57,759 bases of DNA. Source: a virus (lineage: Duplodnaviria; Caudoviricetes). Every line of letters starts with the position of its first letter. Within the stretch, counting starts at the first letter, position 1. The notes below the pieces were generated by a model, which was given only the letters and a program-made list of their open reading frames with translations, was not told where the DNA came from and made no database searches. Location: IMG/VR virus record IMGVR_UViG_3300048930_001334, positions 1-57,759 of that record, one strand, 5' to 3'. Position numbers and translations under genes: made by a program. This document shows, piece after piece, positions 55,564 to 57,759 of the stretch.

Positions 55564-55764
55564 ACAAGAGCATTGACGATCTCGTGGATCGACTCCGCAA
55601 AGAGACTGCCGCCCTGCGCGTAGCAGCGAACAACGTGGTCGGAGAGAACGAAGCCCTGCGCGAGCGGGTGGCGAGCCGTGGAGCACGGCTTCGATGACAG
55701 CAAGACGCCCAACACCGAAGCGCAGCGGGCCGCCGCAGGCGGTCCGACTGGCGCGCAGAGTTAG
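55560..55764 (+). pseudogene. Small coiled-coil ORF, apparently frameshifted near 55671
   Basis: MNKSIDD...EALRERV stops at 55697. Removing one G at ~55671 continues it as RAVEHGFDDSKTPNTEAQ...AQS* through attC-like site 1, in the same Asn frame as the two downstream genes. Confidence 0.45.
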
Positions 55765-55766
55765 AG
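55707..55766 (-). repeat. attC-like site 1 (60 bp)
   Basis: Minus strand CTCTAAC-TCTGC-GCGCCAGT-CGGACCGCCTGCGGCGGCCC-GCTGCGC-TTCGGT-GTTGGGC. Confidence 0.8.
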
Positions 55767-55776
55767 GGCCGACACG

Positions 55777-56121
55777 ATGGAAACAGTTTGCATTTTGGTT
55801 GGCGGGCCAGACCGGGTGATTGTTGACCGGCTGAACAAGAAGTGGCTCTTTGAAGACCACCCGTATTGCGGGCCTGTGGTTATTGGAAAGAACGGTGACC
55901 CGCTCGAAAACCAGCCGCCTGAAAGCTCGCCATTCTGGGAGGCCGTGCAATGCTGGTATGACCAGGGCAAGCGGACGCGAAAGCCGCTGATGAACGAGAC
56001 GTGGTGCATTTGGGACAAACCGACCATGCAGAAGATGCGCCACCTTGGCGGGGTGCATTACATGCTGGTGACGGATGAGTCCTCTAACACCCCAATCAGC
56101 GGCGGCACGTCCGCTGCATAA
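55777..56121 (+). CDS. Hypothetical cassette-borne protein
   Basis: 114 aa (WLFEDHPYCGP...SPFWEAV..W); lies between sites 1 and 2, stop codon inside site 2. Confidence 0.7.
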   Translation: METVCILVGGPDRVIVDRLNKKWLFEDHPYCGPVVIGKNGDPLENQPPESSPFWEAVQCWYDQGKRTRKPLMNETWCIWDKPTMQKMRHLGGVHYMLVTDESSNTPISGGTSAA

Positions 56122-56132
56122 CAGAGTTCGGC
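56082..56132 (-). repeat. attC-like site 2 (51 bp)
   Basis: Minus strand GCCGAAC-TCTGT-TATGCAGC-GGACGTGCCGCC-GCTGATT-GGGGT-GTTAGAG. Confidence 0.8.
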
Positions 56133-56153
56133 ACTGCCGATGGAAAGGAAACC

Positions 56154-56597
56154 ATGAGCGACTACGAAAACGCCGCATTTGAAGAGGCTGCAAAGCACAT
56201 TCTTGCACTGGCAAGGTCAGGAGATAAGTACCAAGACGGGTACACGCAAACGTGTTGGGAGCTATGGAAGGTCCGCGCAGCGCTTCCAGGGGCAGCGGCA
56301 GCAGACGTGCTGGCCGAACGCCAGCGCCAGATCACAGCAGAAGGATGGACACCAGAGCACGACGACGAACACATGGAGGTCGATGCCGGACGCGGATTGA
56401 CAGAACTGGCCCGCGCTGCAAAGGCGTATATCGAAGCTGATGTGTACAACTGGCCTTGGACCCCAATCAGCTTCAAGCCGACATCTCCGCGCCGCAACCT
56501 CGTGAAGGCCGGCGCACTGATCCTCGCCGAGATTGAGCGATTGGACCGCTTGTCGCCGAACACCCAGCTCACCGGCCGCAGGTCCGGCGCATCGTAG
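56154..56597 (+). CDS. Conserved phage hypothetical protein, cassette-borne
   Basis: DVLAERQRQI..EGWTPEHDDEH...WPW...RRNLVKAGALILAEIERLDR; AAGGA SD; stop inside site 3. Confidence 0.8.
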   Translation: MSDYENAAFEEAAKHILALARSGDKYQDGYTQTCWELWKVRAALPGAAAADVLAERQRQITAEGWTPEHDDEHMEVDAGRGLTELARAAKAYIEADVYNWPWTPISFKPTSPRRNLVKAGALILAEIERLDRLSPNTQLTGRRSGAS

Positions 56598-56605
56598 AGT
56601 TTGGC
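56555..56605 (-). repeat. attC-like site 3 (51 bp)
   Basis: Minus strand GCCAAAC-TCTAC-GATGCGCC-GGACCTGCGGCC-GGTGAGC-TGGGT-GTTCGGC; 2 bp after the integrase stop. Confidence 0.75.
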
Positions 56606-56607
56606 AA

Positions 56608-57759
56608 TCACCAAAGCCGCGCGGCGAGGTCTGAGCCCCGAAGATTCGCGTAGCGCGCCAGCATCGCCATGCTGCGATGTCCGGTGATCTTGGCTATCTG
56701 CATCTCGCTCAGTGTCGTGCGCTCAAACAGGCGGCTGGTGGCCTCGTGCCGAAGGTCGTGGAAGTGCAAGCCCTTGCACCCAGCCGCCTCAAAAATCCCG
56801 CCTGACCTGTTGTTGTGGAACAACTTGGAAAGCCGGTCTGACAGCTCGGCCAGGTCGCGCTCTTTGACCGATCCATCCCACCACGGGAACAGCGCGTCAG
56901 GCTTGGCGCAGGCCGCCGCATCGCGCCCGGTGTCGATGTAGGCCGTCAGCACTGCCAGCGCGACGGAACTCAGCGGCACCTGCCGCTTGTCGCCGTTCTT
57001 GGTCTTGTCCAGAAACACCGTGCGCCGCGGCAGATCCACCTGATCGAGCGTCAGCGTGTATATCTCGCGCAACCGCATCGCCGACTCCACCGCCAGGATG
57101 AACAGCACGCGCAGCGCCTGGGCGTGCTCCAGTTTCAGCGGGCGCTGCTTGCGCGGCAGCACGCCGGCGTCCAGCACGGCCAGGATGCGCTCGTACTCTC
57201 CCTGCTCAAGTCGCCGGTCCCGGCTGACATCCTCGCGGCCATCGCCGGCCATGGCCGCATCCGCCTTGCTGTACTGCGCATAGCCATCGGGCAGCGTGCG
57301 CAGCGGGTGGTCCGGCATCGTCAAATGGCCCTTGCGCATCCCCCAATCCGTGCAGCGGGCCAGCGCGCCGACTTTCGCGCGGATCGTGGCCGGCGCCAGC
57401 TTCTCCACACGCTTCAACTCGGACACCCACGCATCCACCCAGGCGGCATTGATGCTGGCAAGCGGCGTGTCTCCCTTGGTCTTGCAGACCGCCGTGAGCT
57501 GCTGCACGTCCTTGGGCTTCGGGCTGGCCTCGCGCATGTAGAGCGTCACCAGGCCGTCGATGGTCAGCACGCGAGACGGCGCCTTGAGTTCGCCGGGCAC
57601 GATGCCGCGGTCCAGCAGTGCCTCGACCTTCTTCACGTACTCGCGCGCCTGGTCCTCCTGCTCTTGCGGGTAGGTTAGATAGATCGGCTTTTCCAGCAAG
57701 CCGGCGCGCTTGATGACGAACTGAACCGTTCCGTTTGGGAATCGCTTGATGCCTGCCAT
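56608..57759 (-). CDS. int: Tyrosine recombinase / phage integrase (Rci/HP1-like)
   Basis: AMRLREI (R), KTKNG (K), FHDLRHEA (HxxR), ITGH, LARY (Y). Confidence 0.93.
   Translation of the reverse strand: MAGIKRFPNGTVQFVIKRAGLLEKPIYLTYPQEQEDQAREYVKKVEALLDRGIVPGELKAPSRVLTIDGLVTLYMREASPKPKDVQQLTAVCKTKGDTPLASINAAWVDAWVSELKRVEKLAPATIRAKVGALARCTDWGMRKGHLTMPDHPLRTLPDGYAQYSKADAAMAGDGREDVSRDRRLEQGEYERILAVLDAGVLPRKQRPLKLEHAQALRVLFILAVESAMRLREIYTLTLDQVDLPRRTVFLDKTKNGDKRQVPLSSVALAVLTAYIDTGRDAAACAKPDALFPWWDGSVKERDLAELSDRLSKLFHNNRSGGIFEAAGCKGLHFHDLRHEATSRLFERTTLSEMQIAKITGHRSMAMLARYANLRGSDLAARLW

Larger units (their letters stand above)
1..57759. mobile_element. Temperate phage/prophage, podovirus-like with N4-gp56-family capsid; att ends outside the window
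   Basis: Complete ordered set of modules: integrase, recombination, cI/cro switch, replication, terminase, portal, capsid, tail, lysis and ejection proteins. No host housekeeping genes seen. Confidence 0.97.

Noticed and set aside
55707-56605. The three hairpins as terminators, REP elements or CRISPR repeats
   Set aside because: No U-tracts; the sequences are not identical; spacing is 375-473 bp of coding DNA; matched AAC/GTT cores fit attC better.
56608-57759. Integrase as an integron integrase (IntI), making a complete integron
   Set aside because: Motifs are Rci/HP1-like, no IntI-specific insertion is visible, orientation is not the usual divergent one, and no attI was recognised.
1-57759. 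tRNA, rRNA, CRISPR array, attL/attR, LexA box
   Set aside because: None recognised by eye. The window is clipped at gene ends so att sites would be outside, and no CTGT-N8-ACAG was seen at the promoters examined.

Overview
The window is a near-complete temperate phage (prophage) genome of about 64% GC (estimated by eye), probably from a betaproteobacterial host (inference). It runs from the stop codon of a giant virion protein (1) to the start codon of a tyrosine integrase (57759), so the att ends lie outside it. The minus strand carries cro, replication, nin-like, terminase, portal, N4-gp56-type capsid, podovirus-type tail, lysis (GH19 endolysin, embedded Rz/Rz1) and DNA-ejection genes. These include a 3647-aa polyvalent protein with methyltransferase, HExxH, ADP-ribosyltransferase-like and PLxRFG regions. 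The plus strand carries the cI repressor, a small accessory unit and the early recombination operon (Sak4-like ATPase, SSB-like protein, exonuclease, RdgC). The most notable observation is three integron attC-like sites (55707-55766, 56082-56132, 56555-56605) at the end of the early operon. They have matched cassette-boundary cores, point opposite to their genes, supply those genes' stop codons, and abut a non-IntI integrase. Also found: a five-copy TTGACTCCG/16-bp-spacer promoter family, a C4/P4-CI-like antisense RNA fold, a second structured RNA candidate before rdgC, a CsrA-fold gene between AGGA-loop leaders in the head module, and an ORF nested in the cytosine methyltransferase gene. All product calls rest on motif recognition by eye; no database searches were run.
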